The notes: generated by a model not told the origin, from the letters alone. Shown: positions 36,942-46,268, counted from the first letter of the stretch. The stretch: 64,000 nt of DNA from Eubacteriales bacterium (GCA_045602385.1 JAZSBL010000040.1:5454-69453), one strand, 5' to 3'. Numbers and translations: made by a program.

Positions 36942-37880
36942 ATGGCAGATAAGATAGCGACAAGAGAAACTTACGGCAACGCCTTAGTCGAGCTTGCCGA
37001 TAAATATGATTTTGTGGTGCTTGATGCAGACCTTGCAGAGGCTACCAAAACAATAAAGTTCAAAAAGGCACATCCCGAGAGATTTTTTGATTGCGGTATT
37101 GCAGAGGGTAACATGGTGAGCGTTGCGGCAGGACTTGCGGCAGCAGGCAAGATGACTTTCGTGTCCAGCTTCGCGATGTTTGCGGCAGGCAGAGCATACG
37201 AGCAGGTAAGGAATAGCGTCGGATACCCTCATTTGAATGTAAAAATAGGTGCAACCCACGCTGGAATTACCGTTGGCGAGGACGGCGCAACACACCAGTG
37301 TATCGAAGATCTCGCTCTTATGAGATCGATACCCGGCATGACAGTAGTAAACCCCTGCGACGCAGTTGAGGCTCGCGCGGCTATCGAGGCGGCTATGCAG
37401 ACCTACGGCCCGTTCTATCTCCGCTTTGGAAGATTTGCAACACCCATTCTCAACGACGGGGAAAGCTATAAGTTTGAGCTTGGAAAGGGCGTAATGCTCC
37501 GCGACGGTAAGGATGCAACAGTAGTTGCAACGGGATATATGGTCCATCTTGCTCTTGAAGCGGCAGAGGAGCTTAAAGCAGAGGGTATTGACGTAAGAGT
37601 TATCAACATACATACCATCAAGCCCCTTGACAAGGATATCGTTGTTAAGGCAGCTCGCGAAACAGGCGCGATCGTAACCGCAGAGGAGCATACAGTAATG
37701 GGCGGACTTGGAAGCGCAGTTGCAGAGGCAGTCTGTGAGGCTTGTCCCGTACCGGTTCTCCGCGTTGGTGTAGAGGACAAATTCGGCAAATCGGGCAACG
37801 TACCCAAGCTTCTTGAAGAGTACGGACTTACCGCAAAGAATATTGCAGACAAGGTAAGAGCCGCAGTTAAGATGAAATAA
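36942..37880 (+). CDS. Transketolase, C-terminal (pyrimidine-binding) subunit
   Basis: ATG at 36942 follows GGAGG. …FFDCGIAEGNMV… motif. 312 aa. Confidence 0.93.
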   Translation: MADKIATRETYGNALVELADKYDFVVLDADLAEATKTIKFKKAHPERFFDCGIAEGNMVSVAAGLAAAGKMTFVSSFAMFAAGRAYEQVRNSVGYPHLNVKIGATHAGITVGEDGATHQCIEDLALMRSIPGMTVVNPCDAVEARAAIEAAMQTYGPFYLRFGRFATPILNDGESYKFELGKGVMLRDGKDATVVATGYMVHLALEAAEELKAEGIDVRVINIHTIKPLDKDIVVKAARETGAIVTAEEHTVMGGLGSAVAEAVCEACPVPVLRVGVEDKFGKSGNVPKLLEEYGLTAKNIADKVRAAVKMK

Positions 37881-37892
37881 GAAAAAAGATAA

Positions 37893-37922
37893 GGAGAAGA
37901 CCCGCGGGCCTTCTCCCTTTTT
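37893..37922 (+). terminator. Terminator after transketolase
   Basis: GGAGAAG-A-CCC GC GGG-C-CTTCTCC followed by CTTTTT. Confidence 0.7.
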
Positions 37923-37934
37923 CACTCTATCAAA

Positions 37935-38333
37935 TTATACAAACGTATATGTCATCCGCATTTCAAACAGATATACCGCAAACACAGCCAAAATCAGTCC
38001 GCTGATAAAGAATATTATCATTCTCAAAAGGAAGGATTTTATTTTCGTGTCCAGATAACGATAATATACCATATAAACACCGAATTGTGTGATATGCACG
38101 ATATACTCGATACCCACATCCTCAAACTTATAAAAAGCGGTTTTGGCGGCAGACAAGAAATATTGTACCGAAATAAAAAGCAGAGAGACCAAAATTATCG
38201 ATACGACAAGATCCAATGTCTCTTTAAGACTTCTTTTCGTTTTTGTCGGTTGCTCTGTAACTTGATCGACTTCCTCTTTTTCTTCCATAGAGGGATCTGT
38301 ATTTTCATCCATCATTTCGGAATTGGTAGGCAT
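37935..38333 (-). CDS. Hypothetical membrane protein (acidic N-terminus, hydrophobic segments), in an AT-rich islet
   Basis: ATG at 38333 (MPTNSEMMDEN…) lies 8 nt after AAAGGA, and the longer ORF reaches 38372. No homology recognised. Confidence 0.5.
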   Translation of the reverse strand: MPTNSEMMDENTDPSMEEKEEVDQVTEQPTKTKRSLKETLDLVVSIILVSLLFISVQYFLSAAKTAFYKFEDVGIEYIVHITQFGVYMVYYRYLDTKIKSFLLRMIIFFISGLILAVFAVYLFEMRMTYTFV

Positions 38334-38377
38334 AAAATTATCCTTTCGTAAATGTAAGGTAGTACTCAGCATAAAAT

Positions 38378-39487
38378 TTATTCTCGCAGTACAATAGAAT
38401 CAGAATAAATCGAATATAGTTGAATGGATCCACTATAACCACACTTCTGACATCGTCCCGTTGCTTGATCATAACTCGCAGAATGTGTTTCCGTTTTTAT
38501 ATATCTACAAAAGGAGCAGACGCCTCTATGTTGATAAGAATCCAATGAAGTCCATGTAAAGTGATGAGGAGTTGTTGAAACATATCCACAGTCTATACAT
38601 GTCTTGCTGTGTTTCAAAGCACTTATAGAGGTCCACGCGTCACCATATTCATGAGATAGCAAGACATCATATCCGCATTTCTCACAGATTTTGGCATGTT
38701 TGCTCGAATTAGCAGATATCCAGCTACTGTACTGGTGATTACAAACATCTGATAACTCTTCCATCGCAAAACATTCAGGGTACCACTTGTAATCATAATT
38801 GGCAGGAACGATTATTAATCCATCGTCCCATGGTTCAAAGTTTCGTATTGACAAATAGTAGGGAAATGTCGTGCTATTATAATACTCTATATACTCCACC
38901 TTTAACTTACCCGTTGTACTCCGTTTTAAAGCGTCCTCAAAATCCCACCGATCCAAGTTCTCACAAACAAATATTAAAGTAGTAGCATAAAAACCAATCA
39001 TTCCATAACAAGAATCTAACGCTATCCCTATGCCATTGGCAATTTTCTTAATGGCTTCGGTTGTTATGACGTTTATTCCCTCTTTTGTAAGGTATTCAAT
39101 AAGATCATCCGACTTATCAGCATAATAAATTGTTTCAAAAAAAAGCGTTTGCTCGCTATTCAAATAAACAACTTTTTTGAATGTGGTTTGCGAAAACACA
39201 TTGATGTCACCAACATAATCAAGAAGTAGAGTTCCCCCAACTAAAGATGAAAATGAAGATTGATTTGATACCGCAAACGGTTGCATTTGATTGTTTACTA
39301 TTTCTATTACTGTTTCTGTTTCTGTTTCTGTTTCTGCTTTCGTTACAGTCAATTCTTGTATTAATTCTTCACTGCAAGTGTCCATTTCCACATCAATAAC
39401 TTCTGTTCCATTTAAGGCAAATGCAGATATAGAAAACAGATTCATTATCACGATGGTAATAATTATGTACGTAACTAGCTTTTTCAT
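38378..39487 (-). CDS. Secreted orphan protein with a C-terminal H-x3-C-x2-C-(G/R)-Y-x5-H repeat module (3 full units plus 1 partial)
   Basis: Sec signal MKKLVTYIIITIVIMNLFSISAFA-LN and an (ET)4 linker. Repeats KHAKICEKCGYDVLLSH, KHSKTCIDCGYVSTTPH, QHRGVCSFCRYIKTETH and RCQKCGY. AT-rich codon usage. Confidence 0.65.
   Translation of the reverse strand: MKKLVTYIIITIVIMNLFSISAFALNGTEVIDVEMDTCSEELIQELTVTKAETETETETVIEIVNNQMQPFAVSNQSSFSSLVGGTLLLDYVGDINVFSQTTFKKVVYLNSEQTLFFETIYYADKSDDLIEYLTKEGINVITTEAIKKIANGIGIALDSCYGMIGFYATTLIFVCENLDRWDFEDALKRSTTGKLKVEYIEYYNSTTFPYYLSIRNFEPWDDGLIIVPANYDYKWYPECFAMEELSDVCNHQYSSWISANSSKHAKICEKCGYDVLLSHEYGDAWTSISALKHSKTCIDCGYVSTTPHHFTWTSLDSYQHRGVCSFCRYIKTETHSASYDQATGRCQKCGYSGSIQLYSIYSDSIVLRE
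39311..39334. repeat. Hexanucleotide microsatellite (TGTTTC)x4 inside the CDS, encoding ETETETET
   Basis: Four perfect tandem copies. They are in frame, so copy-number change would only alter linker length. Confidence 0.8.
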
Positions 39488-39612
39488 TGTTCATCCTCCC
39501 CTAGCATAATCGTGGCACATCCTATTTTTAAGCACAAGAGAAAACTTTACTACATTTTACCGCCAATTATTTAACAAGCTGGCTGTAGGTTATAGAATCT
39601 CTTGTGTCTAAT

Positions 39613-39641
39613 ACTATATACTTTTATTGATGTTTTGTCAA
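39613..39641 (-). promoter_or_regulatory. Sigma-A promoter of the islet operon
   Basis: The minus strand reads TTGACA-17 nt-TATAGT, about 120 nt upstream of the ATG. Confidence 0.55.
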
Positions 39642-39865
39642 TATAAAAAAGTGTTTTTTTATAATATCTCCAAAACGACAAAATACAATTTGTTACAGAG
39701 AATTCTTTTTAGCAATAACACACAATCTCAACTGTAGAAACAATATTGTTTTAATCACTTCATAGATATTCTTGTTGAAAAACGCCTAGGCATCCAAAAA
39801 AACGCTCTTGGGAGAGTTATACGTAAATGTAAACAATGTAATCAAATACATTGCAACCAACCAAC

Positions 39866-39900
39866 AAAAAGTGGTAAGATCAATTAATTCTTACCTTTTT
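39866..39900. terminator. Bidirectional terminator after the GNAT gene
   Basis: Stem GGTAAGA / TCTTACC with A- and T-runs on the flanks. Confidence 0.55.
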
Positions 39901-39901
39901 G

Positions 39902-40411
39902 TTACAGCTTTTCATACGCCACGCGCTCGTCACCGTCGGAAAGATAGATCGTTCCGCAATACGTAAAGCCGTTTTTCTCAAGCATTTTCCTCATTACGAT
40001 ATTGCCCCTGTGGGTGTCTATTCTAAGCGAAATTTTTCCGTTTTCGCGCGCCTTATCTCTACAAAAGTCAATAATTTGCGTTGAAATTCCGCTTCCGCGG
40101 CTCTTTACCGAGATAGCAACGCGGTGAATGGCGAAATAATGCTCTTTTCCGTCGCCCGTAATCCATTTTCCACCGAAGATCTCGTCATAGGTCGGCTCAC
40201 CGTCATCTATAAGTGCAAACGTTCCTACAACCTCGCCGCCAACTAAAACGCAGTATGACTGTGCTTTTTTTACGTCGTTTTCTATAACCTCACGAGAGGG
40301 ATAGCCATTCTGCCACTGATCAATGCCAAGTGTGGCTATCGTAGCTCTCGCTTCGTCAAATATAGGCATTATCGAGTCAATGTCCGCAATATCCGTCTTT
40401 TTTATTTCCAT
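39902..40411 (-). CDS. GNAT family N-acetyltransferase
   Basis: 169 aa with an acetyl-CoA pocket region …HRVAISVKSRGSGISTQIIDF…. Confidence 0.8.
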   Translation of the reverse strand: MEIKKTDIADIDSIMPIFDEARATIATLGIDQWQNGYPSREVIENDVKKAQSYCVLVGGEVVGTFALIDDGEPTYDEIFGGKWITGDGKEHYFAIHRVAISVKSRGSGISTQIIDFCRDKARENGKISLRIDTHRGNIVMRKMLEKNGFTYCGTIYLSDGDERVAYEKL

Positions 40412-40424
40412 AGCTCCTCAATAA

Positions 40425-41192
40425 CTAAAAAACGATTCTTTCAATTTTCGTTACCTTGGATCCGTCGGTCTCGAAAATCACCGCGTCTACGCTTATTTCT
40501 CCGTCCGCAACGGTAAATTGCGCGGGCATGTGTGTCCTCATTTTAGTTATCGTGCGCGCCGCGTCAACTCCGAGCACTCCGTTTCGCGGCCCCGTCATAC
40601 CGAGGTCGGTGACGTACGCCGTACCACCGGGAAGAATTTGCGTATCGGCGGTCGGAACGTGAGTGTGCGTGCCAAAGATTATATCGACCTTGCCGTCAAA
40701 AACGCGCGCCATAGCGTATTTTTCACTCGTCGCCTCGGCGTGAAGATCGAGAATAGATAGGTCAAAATCTCCCTCCTCGCGCGCAAGAATGTACTCGACC
40801 GCGTCAAACGGATCTCCCACGGGCTCAAGAAAGACCTGACCCAGCACGTTCATAATAAGCACTCGGTAGCCCTGAACGTCGACTATCGAATATCCGTAGC
40901 CGGGCGCGCTTCCGGGGTAATTTGCGGGGCGGATAATGCACTCGCCGTTGGCGTCAAGAAAAGGATAAATATCTCTCTTGTTCCACGTGTGATTGCCAAG
41001 TGTGATAAAGTCGACGCCCGCATCAAGCAGAGCCTGCGCGTCACCCGCAGAAATGCCGTGTATCTCGCTTGCGTTCTCGCCGTTTGCGATAACGTAATCG
41101 ATCCTTTTAGAGTCACGAAGCCTCCAAAGATTCTCTCTTAAATATTTAATTGCTCTGGTGCCAACCACGTCACCTATTGCAAGTATTCTCAT
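40425..41192 (-). CDS. YmdB-like metallophosphoesterase (TIGR00282 family)
   Basis: MRILAIGDVVG…ANGENA…GNHTWN…GTHTHV metal-binding motifs. 255 aa. Confidence 0.85.
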   Translation of the reverse strand: MRILAIGDVVGTRAIKYLRENLWRLRDSKRIDYVIANGENASEIHGISAGDAQALLDAGVDFITLGNHTWNKRDIYPFLDANGECIIRPANYPGSAPGYGYSIVDVQGYRVLIMNVLGQVFLEPVGDPFDAVEYILAREEGDFDLSILDLHAEATSEKYAMARVFDGKVDIIFGTHTHVPTADTQILPGGTAYVTDLGMTGPRNGVLGVDAARTITKMRTHMPAQFTVADGEISVDAVIFETDGSKVTKIERIVF

Positions 41193-41209
41193 ATCGGTCC
41201 TGTTTCCTT

Positions 41210-42601
41210 TTACTTTCCAACGCAGAAATTAGCAAAAATTTTTGAGATTATGTCCTCGGACACCGTCCTGCCGTCAAGCTCACCGAGAGAGGCAAGCGCG
41301 TTTTCGGTCTCAACGCAGCAGACCTCAAGCGGTAGCTCGTTCTCTATCGCTCCTATCGCATCGACCAGGGTAGAGATAGCGGATAGCAGAGCGGAATTCT
41401 GTCTTGCGTTTGCAATTATTGCGCTCCGGCCCATGTCAAGCGAGCTGTCAATATATATTTTTTCAACGGTAGATACCAGGACTTCAAATCCCTCTCCGCT
41501 TTCAGCAGAAAAGGGAATGGAGAAGTCGAACGCATCTGTCAGCGCGCGCATTTTCTCGGTTGTGCCCTTATCGCTCTTGTTTATAATTGCGATCTTTTTG
41601 CCGCCCAGAGTCGCCAGATATTCGCAGAATTCCTCGTCCTCGCGGTCAGGCTCTCGGCTGCCGTCAAAGACCGCCAGAACCAGCTCGGCGGACTCCGCCT
41701 CGCGTCTTGCCCGCTCAATACCAATAGACTCCACCTTGTCACCCGTCTCTCGCAAGCCGGCGGTGTCGGAAAGACGGAGAGTGACCTTGCCAAGCTTTGC
41801 GCTCTCGGTAAGAATGTCGCGTGTAGTACCCTCAATATCTGTAACTATCGCGGCATCTCTGCCCACGATAAGGTTGTAAAGCGTGCTCTTACCCGCATTG
41901 GTTCTTCCTAAAATTACAGTTGCGACACCCTCTCCGACCGCGTGACCCGTGGTGTAGGTCGCCGCAAGGCGCCTGAGCGCAGAAAGATTGTCATTTGCTA
42001 TCTGCAACATTTCCCCACGACTGATATCGGCAAGATCCTCGTCTGGGTAGTCTATGTGTGCATATATTGCGGCAAGAACGTCGCAGAGTGAGTTGTAAAC
42101 CCTTGATATTTCGATCGAAAGCTTTCCTTTAAGACCGGAGCGCGCAAGACTTATCTGCTCGTCCGTGGAGGCAGACAACAGCTCTCCGAGAGCCTCTGCG
42201 CTTGTAAGTGTCATCTTTCCGTTAATGAATGCCCGTCGGGTAAACTCACCGGCGGTCGCGAGTCGCGCGCCCGAAACAAGAGCCGATTCAAGAACCCTTT
42301 GTGTCAGGAGCACGCCGCCATGGCAGGATATCTCAACGGTATTTTCACCCGTAAATGACGCAGGCGCGCGGAAAACAACGGCGATTCCGTCATCAATGGC
42401 AACGCGCTCTCCGTCCTTTGTTGAATATATCGAGCCGTATGTCGCGCGATTGCTCTCAATAGTCGAGAGCGGCTGGCGGTTCATGGGCATAAACATCTTT
42501 TCGGCAACCGATATCGCATCCGCGCCGGAAATTCGGATCACGGCAATACCGCCCTTGCCGAAGGGAGTGCTTATCGCCGCTATCGTATCAAGAAGGTTCA
42601 T
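41210..42601 (-). CDS. mnmE: tRNA modification GTPase MnmE (TrmE)
   Basis: 463 aa with G-domain GRTNAGKST, DTAG and NKSD, and the typical C-terminal …FCVGK. Confidence 0.93.
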   Translation of the reverse strand: MNLLDTIAAISTPFGKGGIAVIRISGADAISVAEKMFMPMNRQPLSTIESNRATYGSIYSTKDGERVAIDDGIAVVFRAPASFTGENTVEISCHGGVLLTQRVLESALVSGARLATAGEFTRRAFINGKMTLTSAEALGELLSASTDEQISLARSGLKGKLSIEISRVYNSLCDVLAAIYAHIDYPDEDLADISRGEMLQIANDNLSALRRLAATYTTGHAVGEGVATVILGRTNAGKSTLYNLIVGRDAAIVTDIEGTTRDILTESAKLGKVTLRLSDTAGLRETGDKVESIGIERARREAESAELVLAVFDGSREPDREDEEFCEYLATLGGKKIAIINKSDKGTTEKMRALTDAFDFSIPFSAESGEGFEVLVSTVEKIYIDSSLDMGRSAIIANARQNSALLSAISTLVDAIGAIENELPLEVCCVETENALASLGELDGRTVSEDIISKIFANFCVGK

Positions 42602-42628
42602 ACTCTTCCTCTTTTCTAAAGATTAAAA

Positions 42629-42644
42629 GGGCGGAATCCCGCCC
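42629..42644 (-). terminator. GC hairpin plus T-run after the HPr-like gene, only about 27 nt before the mnmE start
   Basis: The minus strand reads GGGCGG-GATT-CCGCCC followed by TTTTAATCTTT. Confidence 0.5.
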
Positions 42645-42698
42645 CTTTTAAATTAGCAGGTGTGCTTTATGGCGCACCGCCTTATAAATTTTCCCTTA

Positions 42699-42926
42699 TC
42701 AAATGATAAAGGACTCAAGCTGAGCGCGAAGCTGATCTGCGCCCTCTTCCTTTTCGTACGTAAGCTTGATGGGCTGACGAAGGTCAAGGGAGAAGATACC
42801 GAGGATAGACTTACCGTCAACCTTATATCTGCCCGACTCAAGGTCAACGTCGCCGTCAAATCCTACGAGAATGTTCACAAGCTTGTAAACGTCGTTTATT
42901 TCTTTAAGCTGAATATTAAGTGTCAT
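42699..42926 (-). CDS. HPr-like protein lacking the catalytic histidine (Crh-like), 75 aa
   Basis: …VDGKSILGIFSLDL… aligns with the HPr Ser46 region (KSIMGVMSL). The protein contains no histidine at all. Confidence 0.6.
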   Translation of the reverse strand: MTLNIQLKEINDVYKLVNILVGFDGDVDLESGRYKVDGKSILGIFSLDLRQPIKLTYEKEEGADQLRAQLESFII

Positions 42927-42981
42927 AAATAAAATTCCTTTCTTTTGCGCATATTTCCCTTAAATGGGATTTTCCAAAACA

Positions 42982-43010
42982 ATTATATAATAAAACCTAT
43001 TGCTTGTCAA
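42982..43010 (-). promoter_or_regulatory. Sigma-A promoter of the HPr-like gene (and possibly mnmE)
   Basis: The minus strand reads TTGACA-17 nt-TATAAT. Confidence 0.65.
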
Positions 43011-43025
43011 TAGCTTTTGCATACA

Positions 43026-44054
43026 TTAAATTGTACATATAAGCCTCTCAAGAACGGCATAGCCGTCACGGGAGAGCTTTATCTCACGGTCGGCGGCTGC
43101 GCAGCGTGAGAGCATGAGCTTGCACATATCCTCGTCGGGCAGTGTGCGAAGAAGTCGTGAGATAACGTATTCGTTAAGTCCGGTCGATCCGGCCATTTCT
43201 CTCGGTGTAAGGCCCTCGGAGCGCATCACCGAAAGAGTCATCATATCGCACACAGTAGAGCTTATCGAGCCGCTTATAACAACAGGCTCCATTCTCCGTC
43301 CTTTCATGTCACGGAGGATCTCAAGCGCCTCGTCGCGCCTGCGCGCGCCGATGGCATTCGTGAATGCATATGCATCGTAGTCAGCAACAGAGGTCGCAAC
43401 CCTCATCACGTCCTCGCGTGTCAGGGTGTCCCTTCCGCAAGAGAGGGCGTAGAATGCCAGCTTGTCGGTCTCGCTTGCAAGATTGAACATATCTCTGCCG
43501 CATCGTTCTATTATAAACGCGCAAACGTCTGCCGATGCGCGCACACCGTTGTGCTCAAGATGCTTTGCAACCCAGGAGCTAAGGCGTGCGGGAGAGTTTT
43601 TCTCAAACTGAACGGGAATAAGATACTCGGAGAGCTTTTTTAGGACCGCGGAGGGCTTTTTGGGCGACCTGCCCGCATCAAAGCGATCCGCGCTTGCAGT
43701 GATTATAAGGGTGTTGTAATCATATTCGGGCAAAAGCTCAAGCGCCTTACACAGCGCATCGACCTCGTTCTGCCTCATAGCTGTAAAATCAAGGCCTGAG
43801 AGAATGACAAGCTTTCTGTCCTCCATCATTGGGGCAGGCATCAGAGCGTCTATCAAGGCATCGGGAGAGTATGAAAAGGAGTCTAACCTTATCTCATTGA
43901 AGAAAGCAAACGTGGGATCGGGAGAGATTGCAGAAATTGCCGTATCAAGGGCAAATTTTTTCATATAGTCCTCGTCACCGTAAAAAAAGTAACCTAAGGC
44001 GGGCTCTGTTTTTATCTGCTTTCGAAAATCCGCTTCCTTTATAACAGCGTACAT
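43026..44054 (-). CDS. holA: DNA polymerase III delta subunit
   Basis: 342 aa. ATG at 44054 follows AAGGAGAAGG. The N-terminal …YFFYGDEDYM… and overall layout are HolA-like. Confidence 0.6.
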   Translation of the reverse strand: MYAVIKEADFRKQIKTEPALGYFFYGDEDYMKKFALDTAISAISPDPTFAFFNEIRLDSFSYSPDALIDALMPAPMMEDRKLVILSGLDFTAMRQNEVDALCKALELLPEYDYNTLIITASADRFDAGRSPKKPSAVLKKLSEYLIPVQFEKNSPARLSSWVAKHLEHNGVRASADVCAFIIERCGRDMFNLASETDKLAFYALSCGRDTLTREDVMRVATSVADYDAYAFTNAIGARRRDEALEILRDMKGRRMEPVVISGSISSTVCDMMTLSVMRSEGLTPREMAGSTGLNEYVISRLLRTLPDEDMCKLMLSRCAAADREIKLSRDGYAVLERLICTI

Positions 44055-44137
44055 ATCCTTCTCCTTTCCCGTGTCAATGTATAGCAATTATAACATTTTC
44101 TTGCCCTGCCGTCAAGCGGAAACTAAAAAATAACCAC

Positions 44138-44166
44138 TTGACAATAAGATAATAATATGTTATTAT
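44138..44166 (+). promoter_or_regulatory. Sigma-A promoter of the MATE gene, followed by a 5' leader hairpin (44177-44196)
   Basis: TTGACA-17 nt-TATTAT, then CGCATTTT-CGAT-AAAATGCG followed by ACGTTTTATT. Confidence 0.55.
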
Positions 44167-44224
44167 GTTACGGTTGCGCATTTTCGATAAAATGCGACGT
44201 TTTATTAATCAGAAGGAATTTAAA

Positions 44225-45676
44225 ATGTCAGAAAACAACAGTACTGTCGCGCTCAATGAGCAACCGACAGAAAATAAAATGGGCACAATGCCCGTAAACA
44301 AGCTGCTCATTTCAATGTCCCTGCCCATGGTAATCTCTATGCTCGTGCAGGCTCTATACAACATCATAGACAGCTTGTACGTAGCAAGAATTTCTCCGGA
44401 GCAAAATGAGCTTACCGCCATCTCGCTCGCGTTTGCGGCACAGAATTTCATAATTGCCGTCGCAACGGGAACGGGAGTCGGTATCAACGCGCTCCTCTCA
44501 AAATCACTTGGTGAAAAGGACCATAAGACCGCAAATAGGATCGCGGCAAACGGCGTATTTCTTGCGCTCTGCAGCTATATCGTATTCCTGATACTCGGAT
44601 TTACGTTTATGGATACGTATATGAGATGGATGACAGGCGTGGAGTCGGTTATCGGCTACGGAGTCGAATACCTTTCAATATGCTATATCTTCTCATTCGG
44701 TATATTCGGCGAGATAGTCATGGAAAGACTGATGATTTCCACGGGCAAGACTCACCTTGCGATGATAACTCAGGGCGTTGGCGCAATAATCAACATAGTG
44801 CTTGACCCAATCTTCATATTTAAGACTTTTGACCTTGGATTTATCCATATAAACGGCTTCGGCCTCGGAATCGCAGGCGCAGCCATCGCAACCGTAATAG
44901 GGCAAATCGTCGCCTTCCTCGTGGCAATATTGCTCAACACATTTTTCAATAAGGACATCAAGCTCTCGTTAAAGGGCTTCAGACCAAGTGGAGCCATCAT
45001 AGGCAGAATATATACGATAGGTATACCGTCTATCGTAATGGCGTCCATAGGATCGGTCATGAACGTGCTTCTCAATGGCATTCTCAACGGATTCACCGAA
45101 GTCGTAGAGGGTACAAAGCAGACGATAGGTCAGATAGCACAGACCTCATTCGGCGTTTACTTCAAGATACAAAGCTTTATTTTCATGCCGATATTCGGAC
45201 TCAATAACGGAATAGTCCCGATAGTAGCGTATAACTACGGCGCGCAGAAGAAAAAGAGGATGATGGGAACGGTCAAGCTTGGCTGTATCTACGCGGTAGC
45301 GTATATGGCGCTTGGATTTGCGGTGTTCCAGACCTTCCCTAAGACACTGCTCTCACTCTTTAATATGACAGACCCCACGGTGCTAAGCATCGCGGTGCCT
45401 TGCCTCAGAATAATCTCCATCGCATTTGTCTTTGCGGGAGTATGCATTATACTCGGCTCGGTATTCCAAGCGCTTGGTAAGAGCCTTTACTCCATGTTTG
45501 TCTCGATAGCGCGTCAGCTCGTGGTGCTTATCCCCGCAGCATATGTTCTCGCAAGCTTCGGTGACGCAGCGCTTGTCTGGTGGTCATTCCCGATAGCAGA
45601 GATCGCGTCGGTAATCGCCAGCATAGCCTTCTTTATAGTAATCTATAAAAAGATAATTTCCAAAATACCGGATTAA
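44225..45676 (+). CDS. MATE family efflux transporter
   Basis: About 483 aa and 12 hydrophobic segments. N-terminal …PVNKLLISMSLPMVISMLVQALYNIIDSLYVA… is typical of MATE/NorM proteins. Confidence 0.85.
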   Translation: MSENNSTVALNEQPTENKMGTMPVNKLLISMSLPMVISMLVQALYNIIDSLYVARISPEQNELTAISLAFAAQNFIIAVATGTGVGINALLSKSLGEKDHKTANRIAANGVFLALCSYIVFLILGFTFMDTYMRWMTGVESVIGYGVEYLSICYIFSFGIFGEIVMERLMISTGKTHLAMITQGVGAIINIVLDPIFIFKTFDLGFIHINGFGLGIAGAAIATVIGQIVAFLVAILLNTFFNKDIKLSLKGFRPSGAIIGRIYTIGIPSIVMASIGSVMNVLLNGILNGFTEVVEGTKQTIGQIAQTSFGVYFKIQSFIFMPIFGLNNGIVPIVAYNYGAQKKKRMMGTVKLGCIYAVAYMALGFAVFQTFPKTLLSLFNMTDPTVLSIAVPCLRIISIAFVFAGVCIILGSVFQALGKSLYSMFVSIARQLVVLIPAAYVLASFGDAALVWWSFPIAEIASVIASIAFFIVIYKKIISKIPD

Positions 45677-45733
45677 AAAACAGGCTACATTTATATATTA
45701 AATAAAAAATTGCAAAAAAATTTTCAAAAACAC

Positions 45734-45763
45734 TTGACAAAATCATACCTTGTATTGTATAAT
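45734..45763 (+). promoter_or_regulatory. Sigma-A promoter of rpmH
   Basis: TTGACA-18 nt-TATAAT. The leader contains an 18-nt perfect palindrome at 45789-45806. Confidence 0.6.
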
Positions 45764-45874
45764 AAAGGACGTCATTGTGTAAAAGCGTAAATAGCACGTG
45801 CTATTTGGGGCGGAAAACAAGTCCGCTCAAGACTAAAACGCTTCCGATCTACTACTTCAAGGAGGTGCAGATTA

Positions 45875-46009
45875 ATGCTCAGAACTTATCAACCTAAAAA
45901 GCGTCAGAGAAAAAAGGAGCATGGCTTCAGAAAGAGAATGAAGACCGCAGACGGCAGAGCTGTTCTCAAGAGACGTCGTGCAAAGGGCAGAAAGAGACTT
46001 ACCCACTAA
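45875..46009 (+). CDS. rpmH: 50S ribosomal protein L34
   Basis: Not in the ORF track because it is under 60 aa. [52 protein letters not shown] 8 nt upstream. Confidence 0.95.
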   Translation: MLRTYQPKKRQRKKEHGFRKRMKTADGRAVLKRRRAKGRKRLTH

Positions 46010-46036
46010 TAAAGTTTCTCTAATATCATAAAAGCG

Positions 46037-46086
46037 CCGATGGCAGGGATCTATTCGAATTTTTCGTAGGCTGTCATCGGGTTTTT
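46037..46086 (+). terminator. Hairpin plus T-run between rpmH and rnpA
   Basis: 10-bp stem CCGATGGCAG / CTGTCATCGG (one G-U pair) with a 24-nt loop, followed by GTTTTT. Confidence 0.5.
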
Positions 46087-46268
46087 ATGTCTATGGACAA
46101 ATTTACAAAAAACTACATTTTTGTAAATTAAAGTATTTATATTTATTTTCGTTAAAAAGCCCACCCCGCGGGCATCTATATCGGAACAAAACGGGGAATA
46201 ATGTGAAATTAGGAACACGTTATCACACTTTACGGAAGCGCAAGACAAATTTTCAAGAGGTGACGCCC

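Noticed and set aside
45789-45806. The palindrome AAATAGCACGTGCTATTT containing CACGTG, considered as a parS site
   Set aside because: The flanks do not match TGTTTCAC/GTGAAACA. It is more likely a leader hairpin of the rpmH transcript.
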